This document shows positions 48,553 through 58,395 of a stretch of 64,000 nt of DNA, piece after piece. Position numbers and translations under genes: made by a program. The DNA is from Leptospiraceae bacterium (lineage in GTDB: Bacteria > Spirochaetota > Leptospiria > Leptospirales > Leptonemataceae). How positions within the stretch are numbered: position 1 is the stretch's first letter; every line of letters starts with the position of its first letter. The notes under the pieces are model-generated. The model did no database searches and had not been told where the DNA came from. It worked only from the letters and a program-made list of their open reading frames with translations. The stretch is taken from the NCBI GenBank assembly GCA_040217195.1, contig JAVJNR010000004.1, positions 800,001-864,000 on the forward strand. The letters are read 5' to 3'.

Positions 48553-49662
48553 ATGGGATCTGCTGGAAAACGAAATCTACTCATCACTTTAGCTGGCCTG
48601 GTGGTATTGGGACTTATATACCTGATGACCTGGCCAACGCCCATTGATCCTGTAGCGTATGAGCCTGCTGCGGCCCCATCTCTGGAGGGTCCCACCGAGC
48701 CAAACACTATCCTTCAGGATGCTCGGCTAATTCTAAAGGGAAAGATTGAAGGCCCGGAAGATGTAGCCATCGGCAAGGACGGTTGGATCTATGCAGGACT
48801 CCTGGATGGAAGAATTATTCGATTTAAATACGTTGCTACAAATAGCGGCGAGATCGTTGCGGAGGACTACGCAAATACAGATGGTCGCCCTCTTGGATTG
48901 GCCATAGGGCCGGAAGGCTCTCTTTATGTTGCGGACGGAGTCAAAGGATTACTCAAGATCAATGAAGGCCAGGTGAGTGTTCTAAGCACAGGGGCATCAG
49001 GAGTTCCCTTTGGTTTCACGGATCACCTGGACGTAGCCAGCGATGGTTCGGTGTATTTCTCGGATGCAAGTCATCGATTTGGAATCGGCGAATATCTATA
49101 CGATTTATTGGAGTCCAGACCAAATGGAAGACTCTTAAAATATGATCCAGCGACGAAGGAAACAACGGTACTTTTAGATAACCTGTATTTTGCCAACGGT
49201 GTAGCTCTTTCCTCGGATGAAAGCTTCCTGCTACTAAATGAAACCTATCGATATAGAGTCGTTCGATACTGGCTAAAGGGACCAGAGGCCGGAAAATCCG
49301 AGCTAATAATGGATAACTTGCCTGGATTTCCGGACAATATTGCCCGTAGTAGTAGAGGTACGTTCTGGCTCTGTCTGTTTACAGTAAGAAATCCTGTCAT
49401 GGATTCTCTGCACCCTTCCCCATTCATGAAAAATATTGTGGCCCGGTTGCCAAAGTTCCTGTGGCCCAAACCAGAGCCCTACGCATTTATCCTGGAAATC
49501 GATGGCGATGGTAACATTCTGCGAAGCTTGCAGGATCCGTCCGGAGAGCACTTAAAAGAAATCACGGGAGCCAAGGATAACGGTGATTTTCTGTTCATGG
49601 GCTCATTGCATAACGACCGTATTGGCGTTCTGGATCTATCCAGTATACAGGACAGGCAATAG
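48553..49662 (+). CDS. Strictosidine synthase / SMP-30 beta-propeller (APMAP-like)
   Basis: N-terminal TM; GPEDVA, GRPLG, YFSDAS, FANGVALS, LPGFPDNI. Confidence 0.9.
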   Translation: MGSAGKRNLLITLAGLVVLGLIYLMTWPTPIDPVAYEPAAAPSLEGPTEPNTILQDARLILKGKIEGPEDVAIGKDGWIYAGLLDGRIIRFKYVATNSGEIVAEDYANTDGRPLGLAIGPEGSLYVADGVKGLLKINEGQVSVLSTGASGVPFGFTDHLDVASDGSVYFSDASHRFGIGEYLYDLLESRPNGRLLKYDPATKETTVLLDNLYFANGVALSSDESFLLLNETYRYRVVRYWLKGPEAGKSELIMDNLPGFPDNIARSSRGTFWLCLFTVRNPVMDSLHPSPFMKNIVARLPKFLWPKPEPYAFILEIDGDGNILRSLQDPSGEHLKEITGAKDNGDFLFMGSLHNDRIGVLDLSSIQDRQ

Positions 49663-49738
49663 ACATACATTTTGGTCTTACCATCTGCGAAACAGAGCAC
49701 CGTAAGTCTCCAGGATCCTTAATGGGCCGCGGATTGTT

Positions 49739-51076
49739 TCATTTAGATGCTATAATTCTGGCCGCCTTTTGTCCCGATAGCAAAGCACCGTGTAACGTTC
49801 CGGGGTAGAGCGGATTACATGCCTCGCCAGCAAAGGCAATTCTTCCTTCTGGCTCGGCCAGGATCTCAAAATCCTGAAGAGAGCTTCCTGCAGCTATCAT
49901 CGAATAGGCTCCCCGGGAAAATGGATCCGAATACCAGCGAGTCCGCAAGAACCCTTTTGGGTCTGGCACTTTGCCAAACATTGCTCGTAAATCGGATAGC
50001 ACCCGATCTTTTACAAAGGATTCGCTCTTCCCTTCTAGCTCACGGGCAAAAGCACCCTGGGTAAGAGCCACAAGTACTGGTCGACCATGTAGTGGCATCA
50101 TATTCCAGAATTCAAAAAACGGACCTTTCTGCAATAGGCCCATGCGATGAAGCTCTGGTGGCCAGAAGGCATGCGAAAATAAAAGAGCTACCTTTTTCAT
50201 GGTACCCATCTTCATTCGTGCGATGGAGGACTGTTTCTTTGCACTCAATCCCGGCCGAAATTGAACGGTTCCAGATTTAAGCACACCCAGCGGCAGGGTA
50301 ACAATTGCATAATCTGCCTGATAGCTGCCCGCCGAAGTTTCCAGAGAGACTCCCGTACGGTTTTGACTGATCTGCCGCACGACCGTCCCTGCCCGAATCT
50401 TCAGTCCACGTGCCAGATACTGAGCAATTGCAGAAAAGCCAGACCCTACCATCCACTCCGGGCCCGCGAAAGCCTCATCCTCGTCCCAGTATTTCAGACT
50501 TAATTCATTCGCATCGGCGGCCAGTTCGATTTCAATTTCGGAGGCAAAATGCCAGCGCACCCCAAGATCCACAACCGTAGAGCCGCTGCCCCGGAACTGC
50601 AAGACCTGACTCATGGTGGCCCGGATGGAAGCTTCATCCTTCAGCCGCATCCCTCTCTGAAACAGTTTACGGGTAGCCTCATCAATGGCTTCGTAGGTGC
50701 GATCTTCGATCTCAGATCCATCATAGTAGAGGGCCATTGAGTCTGCATCCGTGACCAGAGTTTTCAATGAAAGACTCTGCACTATGGAAGTGAGCGGATT
50801 TGATGGACTGGCACCGTGCACCCAGGCGGCTCCCAGATCCAGAGGCATTCCCAGGGATGAATCAGTATGCATTCGCCCGCCAATACGATTTCTTGCTTCC
50901 AGAACTGTAACATCGTAACCGGCTTTTGCCAGACTGCCGGCCGCAGTCAGGCCGGCCATTCCCGCTCCTACAACCAGGACTTTCTTTGTTGGTCCTTTCG
51001 CCTCAACGATTCCCGGAGGAAACAGGGCAGCCAGAATTGCTATTTTGATAAAATCTCCGCGTCCCAGCTTATTCAT
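49739..51076 (-). CDS. Flavin monoamine oxidase family protein
   Basis: [43 protein letters not shown]...GTLHGA. Confidence 0.92.
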   Translation of the reverse strand: MNKLGRGDFIKIAILAALFPPGIVEAKGPTKKVLVVGAGMAGLTAAGSLAKAGYDVTVLEARNRIGGRMHTDSSLGMPLDLGAAWVHGASPSNPLTSIVQSLSLKTLVTDADSMALYYDGSEIEDRTYEAIDEATRKLFQRGMRLKDEASIRATMSQVLQFRGSGSTVVDLGVRWHFASEIEIELAADANELSLKYWDEDEAFAGPEWMVGSGFSAIAQYLARGLKIRAGTVVRQISQNRTGVSLETSAGSYQADYAIVTLPLGVLKSGTVQFRPGLSAKKQSSIARMKMGTMKKVALLFSHAFWPPELHRMGLLQKGPFFEFWNMMPLHGRPVLVALTQGAFARELEGKSESFVKDRVLSDLRAMFGKVPDPKGFLRTRWYSDPFSRGAYSMIAAGSSLQDFEILAEPEGRIAFAGEACNPLYPGTLHGALLSGQKAARIIASK

Positions 51077-51190
51077 AGTATAATCTCCTCTGGAATGGAT
51101 CGATTAAGCATAGCAATAGAGAAAGGACTACTGTTTTTTAGATGTCTTTTGTTTCTTTACAGCCAGAGGGACCGATGCTTCCCTATTGCC

Positions 51191-52366
51191 ATGCAGATCA
51201 GTCTTTCCGACAAAGCCCAGAAATTGCAGAAGGATATTCGCGCATTTATCAACGAAGTAGTAATCCCTGCAGAAAAGCATTTTGATTACGATTCTGGCCG
51301 GATGCCAGAAAATATTGTCAAAGACATTCGAAGCAAGGTCAGGACGGCAGGATTCTGGACTCCACATCTGCCCGAATCCGAGGGCGGCCTGGGGTTGAAT
51401 ATGATGGAAACCGCAATCATATTCAGCGAACTGGGCCGAAGTCCCATCGGCGCTTTTATGTTCAATTGCGATGCACCGGATGAAGGAAACATGCATCTTC
51501 TCAGCCTGGCTGCAAGCCCGGAGCAGAAGAAGCGCTTTCTGGAGCCTCTAATCGCTGGAGAGATTCGTTCGGGCTTTGCCATGACCGAGCCACCTCCGGG
51601 AGCCGGCTCTGATCCCAGTTCACTCACTGCCAATGCGGTGAAGGATGGAAACCGATACATTTTAAATGCGCACAAATGGTACTGCACCGGAGCCTATGGT
51701 GCATCCTTTCTCATAGTCATGGCCCGGGTGGCAGGCAGCTTTCGCAAAACTACTATGTTTCTTGTACCCACCGATGCACCGGGGTACAAAATGATTCGAG
51801 AAATAGATACCATGGGCTCCCATGGCCCGGGCGGACACTGCGAATTAAAGTTCGAGGATGTGGAAGTGCCCGAGGAAATGGTACTGGGTAAAGTGGCCCA
51901 TGGATTTCGCTTGAGTCAGGAAAGACTGGGACCTGCCAGGCTTACTCATTGCATGCGATGGATTGGACTGGCCAGACGCTCCATGGAGATCGCTAGAAAG
52001 TATGCGAAAGAAAGGCAGTTATTTGGATCTCATCTTGCGGATCATCAGGGGATCCAGTGGATGTTTGCAGATTCTGCTACAGAAATTGAGGCTTCGCGTA
52101 TGCTTACTTTGAAAGCTGCCAGCGAACTTGTGCAGGGAAAGGATGCCAGACATAGCCTTTCCATGGCCAAGCTCTACACCAGCGAAATGTTAACTCGAGT
52201 CATCGACCGAGCCATCCAGATTTGCGGCAGCCATGGCTATAGCCGGGATCTACCTCTGGAATGGTTTTATAGAGATGCCCGGGCAGCACGCCTGGCAGAC
52301 GGCCCATCCGAAGTACATCGAATGGTAATGGGACGAGGATTGATGAGCGGAAAGGAGAACTTCTAA
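51191..52366 (+). CDS. Acyl-CoA dehydrogenase, ACAD10/11-type (LvaC-like)
   Basis: [17 protein letters not shown]...[29 protein letters not shown] (Asp at the catalytic-base position). Likely start ATG 51191; the ORF-track extension overlaps the opposite gene. Confidence 0.93.
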   Translation: MQISLSDKAQKLQKDIRAFINEVVIPAEKHFDYDSGRMPENIVKDIRSKVRTAGFWTPHLPESEGGLGLNMMETAIIFSELGRSPIGAFMFNCDAPDEGNMHLLSLAASPEQKKRFLEPLIAGEIRSGFAMTEPPPGAGSDPSSLTANAVKDGNRYILNAHKWYCTGAYGASFLIVMARVAGSFRKTTMFLVPTDAPGYKMIREIDTMGSHGPGGHCELKFEDVEVPEEMVLGKVAHGFRLSQERLGPARLTHCMRWIGLARRSMEIARKYAKERQLFGSHLADHQGIQWMFADSATEIEASRMLTLKAASELVQGKDARHSLSMAKLYTSEMLTRVIDRAIQICGSHGYSRDLPLEWFYRDARAARLADGPSEVHRMVMGRGLMSGKENF

Positions 52367-52890
52367 TGGATCTAAAAAACCCCGCCGGACCCTACCAGGC
52401 ACCGGAGAATTATGATCCGAACCTGGTGCAATCTCAGTCCAGAGAGATTCAGGGATTTCCGGAGTTATTGAACCGGACCCTGGACGGACTCAACGATGCA
52501 CAGATCAGCACCAAAACGCTTCCTGGAAACTGGACTGTAGCTCAGGTGGTGCATCATTTAGCAGACAGTCATATGAATGCGCTGATCAGACTGAAGCTGG
52601 CCTTGACAATGGATAATCCATCCATCATGCCGTATCCGGAATGGCTATGGGCCGATCTTGCAGACGGACATCTACCAGACATCTCTCCTTCGCTGGACAT
52701 TCTGAAAGGAGTGCATGCAAGATTCCATCTGGTTCTGGACGATCTGGACGAAGAAGCGGCCCATAAGACTTACTATCACTCGGAACTGAAGCGAAAGGTG
52801 CCAGTATTCGAGATTCCTGCACTCTATAGCTGGCATGGAAAACATCATCTAGCACATATCGATCTGCTCAAGAAGGACCGTGGCTGGTAA
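52366..52890 (+). CDS. YfiT/DinB-family metal-dependent thiol transferase
   Basis: WTVAQVVHHLADSHMNA; YSWHGKHHLAHI; TAATG coupling to the ACAD gene. Confidence 0.88.
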   Translation: MDLKNPAGPYQAPENYDPNLVQSQSREIQGFPELLNRTLDGLNDAQISTKTLPGNWTVAQVVHHLADSHMNALIRLKLALTMDNPSIMPYPEWLWADLADGHLPDISPSLDILKGVHARFHLVLDDLDEEAAHKTYYHSELKRKVPVFEIPALYSWHGKHHLAHIDLLKKDRGW

Positions 52891-53368
52891 CAAACAAATA
52901 AAACTGTTTGGCTGGGCCGAACCAGGCACGAATCCGACCCTTCGTAGCTATTGCGATACGATCGCCCGACTTATGGAGAAATTCGACCTGGAAGAACCGG
53001 AAGTTCTGGCAGAGTATGAACTGGGCGATGCTATTTTTCCAGTGGTTTCACTTCAGGTTAAATCGAGTCAATTAATACTGCGATACGAACCCGGTGGCTG
53101 GCCCTCTACATTTATAGTGAGCGTCGATTCACCTACTGCCATCCCCTCTCTATTCGGATTGTTCGATCCAACTCTGGATCTATCCGATCAAAGTATTACA
53201 GGTATGAAAAAGGATTGGCTGTTTGAATCCTATCGCAAGAATCAGAGCAAGTTCAGCTGCGAAATAGAAGATGAATGGGACCTGGCCATGCTTGTGCGAA
53301 TTCTCAGAAGCGTTGGACTGCTGGATTGGGCAGCCATCCCCAGAACTTCCGAAGGTACAGGTGGATAG
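52880..53368 (+). CDS. Hypothetical protein
   Basis: 162-aa ORF, GTG start after AAGGA, overlapping the yfiT-like stop; operonic position. Confidence 0.7.
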   Translation: MAGNKQIKLFGWAEPGTNPTLRSYCDTIARLMEKFDLEEPEVLAEYELGDAIFPVVSLQVKSSQLILRYEPGGWPSTFIVSVDSPTAIPSLFGLFDPTLDLSDQSITGMKKDWLFESYRKNQSKFSCEIEDEWDLAMLVRILRSVGLLDWAAIPRTSEGTGG

Positions 53369-53373
53369 GCGTT

Positions 53374-54126
53374 ATGAGCTTTATCACTGGAACCAACTTG
53401 AAAGAACCCTCCATCATTTTTATAGATTTGATGAATACGATCATGTTCAACCATGATCGATTTGGTCCCAACGAACCGTATCTGGATACGTTTCAGGCTC
53501 TGGGTGGTACAGGCCTGGACACCACTTCAATTCATACAATCATTGACAATGCGATGAGTTCCATTGAGGCAGATTACGAAACCCAATATTCAGAAAGCCA
53601 GGGAAGCACGGTTCCGGATGCACATATTCGATTACGCCAGGAGGCCAGAATACTGAACCGGAGGTTGAGCCTGCGAGATCGAATTGCATTGAACCTAACA
53701 TTTGCTTTCCATGAATGCGGATGGATTGATCGATTGCATGCACAATCCATTAAGAAGCTGGCCTCTCGATATAGACTGGCGATCATCAGCAATCTCTGGG
53801 GTAGCCCGTATTTTTGTAACCTGGTGCTTCGACGGACCGGTACGTTGCAGTATATGGAAGCAGTCTACTATTCATCCCAGATCAAGTTACAGAAACCCTG
53901 GAAGAATATCTTTGAGCATGCATGCACAAAGCATAACGTTGAAGCCGAAGATTGCCTCATGATTGGCGATAATATTGACCTGGACATCCTGGCAGCAACT
54001 CGCTGGGGTATGCAGGGACTATGGCTGTCCTATGGACGGGATGCAGGCTCCAGAGCAGAGAAGCTGGATGCAGTGGCTCTGGACTTTCCTGATGCTGTAG
54101 AAATCCTTGTTCCGGGCGATAGCTGA
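53374..54126 (+). CDS. HAD-superfamily hydrolase
   Basis: IFIDLMNTI motif I variant; IISN; KP; MIGDNIDLDI. Likely start ATG 53374. Confidence 0.85.
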   Translation: MSFITGTNLKEPSIIFIDLMNTIMFNHDRFGPNEPYLDTFQALGGTGLDTTSIHTIIDNAMSSIEADYETQYSESQGSTVPDAHIRLRQEARILNRRLSLRDRIALNLTFAFHECGWIDRLHAQSIKKLASRYRLAIISNLWGSPYFCNLVLRRTGTLQYMEAVYYSSQIKLQKPWKNIFEHACTKHNVEAEDCLMIGDNIDLDILAATRWGMQGLWLSYGRDAGSRAEKLDAVALDFPDAVEILVPGDS

Positions 54127-54154
54127 CAGCGAGCTATATTGCCTCACTGTCAGC
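54122..54154. terminator. Hairpin at convergent gene junction
   Basis: GCTGACAG-C-GAG...CTC-A-CTGTCAGC; no clear U-tract. Confidence 0.45.
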
Positions 54155-54171
54155 CGCATTTATGATGGGAA

Positions 54172-55527
54172 TCAGGCCACGCGAGAAGCCATGGCAGGCT
54201 CCTGCACTTCGGATTGCTTACCTGGATACAGATGCATTGTCTCCGACTCATAGTCATCTATTGTCAGAGTAAATGTAGTTCTGTATTTCAAGACTATGAA
54301 AAGGCTAAGGGCACAGGCTGCCACAACTCCGTAGGCCACATTCATACTGGGAGTCAGATGAAGAAGCCATTGAGGATTGCCCACTGCAAGAACGGCAAAA
54401 GCAGCCAGACCGATAACTCGCAAAGGTTCCAGTATTCGAGCCCAACGCTTACCTTCCAGAATTCCACCCAGACAGATCAAAGAAAGGGTCGTAACCACCG
54501 AGACACCGCCAATCTGCCACATGTTGAATGCATCTACTTTCAGTAGAACTGCAAACGTTAGAACAGTCATGGATGCAAACCAGATCAAACTATAGATAGA
54601 AAGGATTCGTGGAACAGTCACGTCAAACTTCTGATAGGATTCCGCTTCAATCTCAGGAGGTACCTTGGAGCCTCCCAGATCATCCGGCCGCCAGCCTGGA
54701 TGTTTGAACCAGATCAGGATTTTATCTTTCCAGCGAGGAGCCGCAACGGCGATGTCCCACATCTCTTTCCAATATTGAAGGTTGGCCCAGAAGGGATTGA
54801 AGCTCTTGAAGGGCTTCACTGTACCGTATACAGGCTCCTCTTCCTCCACCTGGAACGTACCAAACATTTTATCCCAGATGATAAACGTTCCGGCATGGTT
54901 CTTATCCAGGTACTTGGGATTCTTACCGTGATGTACCCGATGATGCGAAGGCGTATTCATGAAGCTTTCCAGAAAGCCCATCCGACCAACCACTCGCGTA
55001 TGGATCCAGAATTGATAGATTAAACTTAGAGCTCCGTTGGCCAGCATTACGGCTGGATGGAAACCCAGAAAAGCCATGGGCAGATAGAAGGGCCAGGTCA
55101 CCAGTCCACCGAAGGCAGACTGTCGCAGGGCCACAGTCAGATTGTACTCTTCGCTTTGATGATGCACAACATGGGTAGCCCAGAGGAAGTTAACCTCATG
55201 ACTCATTCGATGAGCCCAGTAATAGGCCAGGTCATAAAGCACAAAACAGGCGCCAAACGTTAGCACCATTCCCAGTTCCCAGCTGGGCTGGGCCGGCAAA
55301 TCAAAGAATCGCAGATGGTCGTAGACCAGCCAGTAAACATAGACTGAGGCAGCGGCGCTCAGTAAACCAAACAGTCGATTCAGAACTCCAGTACCCAGAT
55401 CCGCAATGGAATCATTCAACCGATAAAGCCTGGCTCCCTTCCACTTACTGTAGAGCACTTCCAACCCAATTAGCAGAAAGAAAAATGGTATAGCATAAGT
55501 CACAAATTCAGGAAATTTTGGATCCAT
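54172..55527 (-). CDS. Sterol desaturase family, alkylglycerol-monooxygenase-like (paralog 2)
   Basis: YWAHRMSH, HVVHHQSEEYNLTVALRQ, QFWIHT, PSHHRVHH, plus the AGMO-type C-terminal extension (PGWRP). Start ATG 55527 after GGGGGA. Confidence 0.92.
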   Translation of the reverse strand: MDPKFPEFVTYAIPFFFLLIGLEVLYSKWKGARLYRLNDSIADLGTGVLNRLFGLLSAAASVYVYWLVYDHLRFFDLPAQPSWELGMVLTFGACFVLYDLAYYWAHRMSHEVNFLWATHVVHHQSEEYNLTVALRQSAFGGLVTWPFYLPMAFLGFHPAVMLANGALSLIYQFWIHTRVVGRMGFLESFMNTPSHHRVHHGKNPKYLDKNHAGTFIIWDKMFGTFQVEEEEPVYGTVKPFKSFNPFWANLQYWKEMWDIAVAAPRWKDKILIWFKHPGWRPDDLGGSKVPPEIEAESYQKFDVTVPRILSIYSLIWFASMTVLTFAVLLKVDAFNMWQIGGVSVVTTLSLICLGGILEGKRWARILEPLRVIGLAAFAVLAVGNPQWLLHLTPSMNVAYGVVAACALSLFIVLKYRTTFTLTIDDYESETMHLYPGKQSEVQEPAMASRVA

Positions 55528-55545
55528 AGAAACATCCCCCAACCA

Positions 55546-55574
55546 TAAGGTAGACAAAACTGACACCGTGTCAA
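55546..55574 (-). promoter_or_regulatory. Sigma70-like promoter overlapped by a perfect palindromic operator
   Basis: Minus strand TTGACA-N16-TACCTT; palindrome TGACAC-C-GTGTCA (55561-55573) covers the -35 box. Confidence 0.65.
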
Positions 55575-56013
55575 CTTTTTTCCTGCTCCAGATCTGAAAG
55601 TTACGAGGCACTGGAGTCCAGGAAGTCAGGCCGTTTCAAGTTCTACACAATATCGGCCATCGGATGCGGCGGAAGAATCCGACGTATCCGGGGAATCAGG
55701 CTATTCACAATATCATCAGTAAGATTGGACGGGGGAAAATGCTGGAATACACTTACATTGGCCGCCCGTAATGCAACCAGGGGATTACTATTGTCTGCGG
55801 CCAGAGGTAGCCCAGTTTGCGCCGGAGTAGCACGTTCTCAGCCCTGGACCGCAGGAGCCCGACAAGAAGGAAAAGCCCGGTCTATGTTTAAGAACTCCGG
55901 AACCGGATACGAAAAAAAGAAATTGGTACTCCCGGGTTGCCCGCGGATTTCAAAAACATCCTGCTTAAGATTCGGATGCGTCCGAAGCAATTTCGATTTC
56001 AGGGTCGCCTGGA

Positions 56014-58395
56014 TTACTGCCTGTACATCATAAAGTATGTACAGGATCTTACAACCTCGCTGTAGAATTCCGTATCATCCAGTTCCGACAGTTTTTCGAA
56101 CTGCACTTTTTGGTCCGGTACCAGGTTCACAGAATCCTCCGTGTAGTAGCCACCCTGAGCCGAGTCCAGGTAGGCGATTGTGGCAATCATGAATCTGCTG
56201 GCAGCCACAAGTTCTCGGTCTTTCGCATTCGCGATGGATTTTTCAAAATAGCTTCTTGCAAGCTTGAGCTGAGGATCCCCGGGTTTTTCCGAGTAATCGT
56301 AGTAAATGCTCCAGTATTCATCTACTGCAGACCACCAGTGACCAAAGTGACTCATGTTAAACTGGGCCAGACCCATTTCGTAGTAAGCCCGGGCAGCTTT
56401 GTTGCCAGTTTCCTTGCTGGCTTGCTTTTCCAGCTCCTGCATGCGAACAGCGATTGTGTAGGAATTGAAATCCTCGGCCTTCTTTCCGGAATCGAATCTA
56501 TCAGAAAATGGATTACTGAAAGGCCCTGCCACAATTCGCTCAGAATAGTACATGTTTTTCCGTTTCTTTTCTGGAAGTCTCCCAAGGGCTTTTACGGCCT
56601 CCGCATACTGTCCCAGCTTCAACTGTCGGGCGCCCAGGCGATATACGATTTGCTCTGTTTGAATTTGTGCGATTTCCTTGAGCTTACGATCATAGTCATT
56701 CTGAGGTTCATTGCGCAATTGCTCAGCTTGCTCCAGAGCTTGAAATTCATAAGTCTCCAGGCTGCTCGAAATATTGGGCTCCCAAAGAAGAGCTCGGCCG
56801 CTTTCCTGCGCCTGACTGTGAAGCTTCGCCATATTTCGATGAAGCATCAAACGCGCTGCATGATCAGACCAGGCACATCCATAATAGTGTGGTTCGTCGG
56901 ATTCAACAATAGAGGAATAATCCTGTACAACCAGCTTCTTCAGTTCATCATCCGGCCTGCTTTTTTCTGCGGATGCATTCAAAAGCCGAATCCGTTTACT
57001 CTGTAGGCGAACAAAAGGAGATTCGGAAGGATTAACCAGAGCATGTTTCAGGGTTTCGCTGGCCTGCGAATGCTTGCCCATAAGCATTTCAAGATACGCT
57101 TGAGCCAATTTCCAGGTTCCCGGTGATGCAGTCCTTTTTTGCTCGGCCACCTCGCCAAAGAATCGAACCAGTTGATTCATGTACTGAATCTCTTCTGGAG
57201 GGATTTTGGCCACGGGTTTGGCTTCCAGAGAAGGAACAAACCAGTTCCAGATTCGCATCAGCAAACCGCTTATTGAGAAACCGGATTCTGAATCCTCTGC
57301 TCCGCCCTTTTTATCCCTGGCAGAAGTCTGCGCATCATATCCTGAGCTATAATAGAGCACCCGTTCCAGACGATCCTCCAATCGGTCCATCTCACGTATT
57401 AGCATGTAATCCAGAGCTGGATCCTTCGGATATGCTTCAACCATCTGCTTCAGCAGCCCAAGGTTGGGTTCCGGACTGGAAAAGAATCGCAGTAAAATGA
57501 GAGCTTTTTTCTCTTCTCTAGAAGCGCTGGCAAAGGCAGCATCGTAGGCACCTTCGCTGGCCCAGTAGCGATCAAAATCCAGGGATACTCGAAGCATCAA
57601 TTCTGGACTTCGTGCAGACATGCGAGCCAGCACCTTTAGCCCTTGCGATGTATTTTCATTCTTGAGCAGTGCTCCTGCCTTTAGATGCTCGAGCCGATCA
57701 TAGAGCGGATCCGTGGGTTTTAAAGAAGCCTTTTCCAGAATACTTAGTGCTCTACTGAACTGACCCGAATAATGAGCCAGGCGAACGGCCTGATAAGTAT
57801 ATCTAATCTTTAGATCTCGATCCTTCTGGCTGCCAGCCTCTTTAATTCCCTTCTGAATAAATGGCTCCACTTTTTCTCTGGCAGGAGGGCCTTCATTGTC
57901 CCAGTAGCTTTCTGGAGGAAGCACCAGTGGTTCCAGGGTTTTCGCATATAGCAGATACTGTAGAACATCCTTTTGACCTTTAGATGCCAGTTTGGCCTGC
58001 AAGGAATTGCCGTTACCGTTCAGAGCTTTTTGAATCTCCTCTGGCGAAGTTTTATAGATCAATGAATCAAGGGATTTCCTGTCTGGCTCAAATCCGGCCC
58101 TGGCTTTTAGATATCTGGACCAATCGTCTACATTCTTGTCCAAATAGGCATCCCCTTCTGGAGCATCGCAGGTTCCGGCCAGGCGATCCAGAACGGCGTA
58201 ATACTCATTCTTTTCCTGATCCGGGTATAGAGCTGCCGTGATTTGCAGAGGACGAAAAATGCGCAATGGGTCTGGCTCCCCCGACCCACAGGGCCAGATC
58301 GACGAAGGAGAAAGGAGAAATGCCAGAACAGAGCAAGTAAAAACGCCTAATAGACTCCGGGGAGACAGGAGAGACTTGAGGCTATTTCCAGCCAT
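56014..58395 (-). CDS. Large secreted helical-repeat (TPR-like) protein, function unknown
   Basis: Probable start MAGNSL (58395), signal peptide ending at CGSGEPDP; helical repeats; overlaps the upstream stop by 14 nt. The track's longer N-terminus lies inside the upstream gene. Confidence 0.78.
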   Translation of the reverse strand: MAGNSLKSLLSPRSLLGVFTCSVLAFLLSPSSIWPCGSGEPDPLRIFRPLQITAALYPDQEKNEYYAVLDRLAGTCDAPEGDAYLDKNVDDWSRYLKARAGFEPDRKSLDSLIYKTSPEEIQKALNGNGNSLQAKLASKGQKDVLQYLLYAKTLEPLVLPPESYWDNEGPPAREKVEPFIQKGIKEAGSQKDRDLKIRYTYQAVRLAHYSGQFSRALSILEKASLKPTDPLYDRLEHLKAGALLKNENTSQGLKVLARMSARSPELMLRVSLDFDRYWASEGAYDAAFASASREEKKALILLRFFSSPEPNLGLLKQMVEAYPKDPALDYMLIREMDRLEDRLERVLYYSSGYDAQTSARDKKGGAEDSESGFSISGLLMRIWNWFVPSLEAKPVAKIPPEEIQYMNQLVRFFGEVAEQKRTASPGTWKLAQAYLEMLMGKHSQASETLKHALVNPSESPFVRLQSKRIRLLNASAEKSRPDDELKKLVVQDYSSIVESDEPHYYGCAWSDHAARLMLHRNMAKLHSQAQESGRALLWEPNISSSLETYEFQALEQAEQLRNEPQNDYDRKLKEIAQIQTEQIVYRLGARQLKLGQYAEAVKALGRLPEKKRKNMYYSERIVAGPFSNPFSDRFDSGKKAEDFNSYTIAVRMQELEKQASKETGNKAARAYYEMGLAQFNMSHFGHWWSAVDEYWSIYYDYSEKPGDPQLKLARSYFEKSIANAKDRELVAASRFMIATIAYLDSAQGGYYTEDSVNLVPDQKVQFEKLSELDDTEFYSEVVRSCTYFMMYRQ

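Noticed and set aside
50867..51190. N-terminal extension of the acyl-CoA dehydrogenase ORF
   Set aside because: It overlaps the opposite-strand amine oxidase; ACAD similarity starts at ATG 51191.
55820..55860. TPP riboswitch (GGGCTGAGA on the minus strand)
   Set aside because: The conserved ACCTGAT...TAA...GCG.AGG elements are missing and no thiamine gene is downstream.
56110..57006. 298-aa plus-strand ORF
   Set aside because: It is antisense to a real CDS and has no recognisable motif. The same applies to the many shorter antisense and alternate-frame ORFs in the track.
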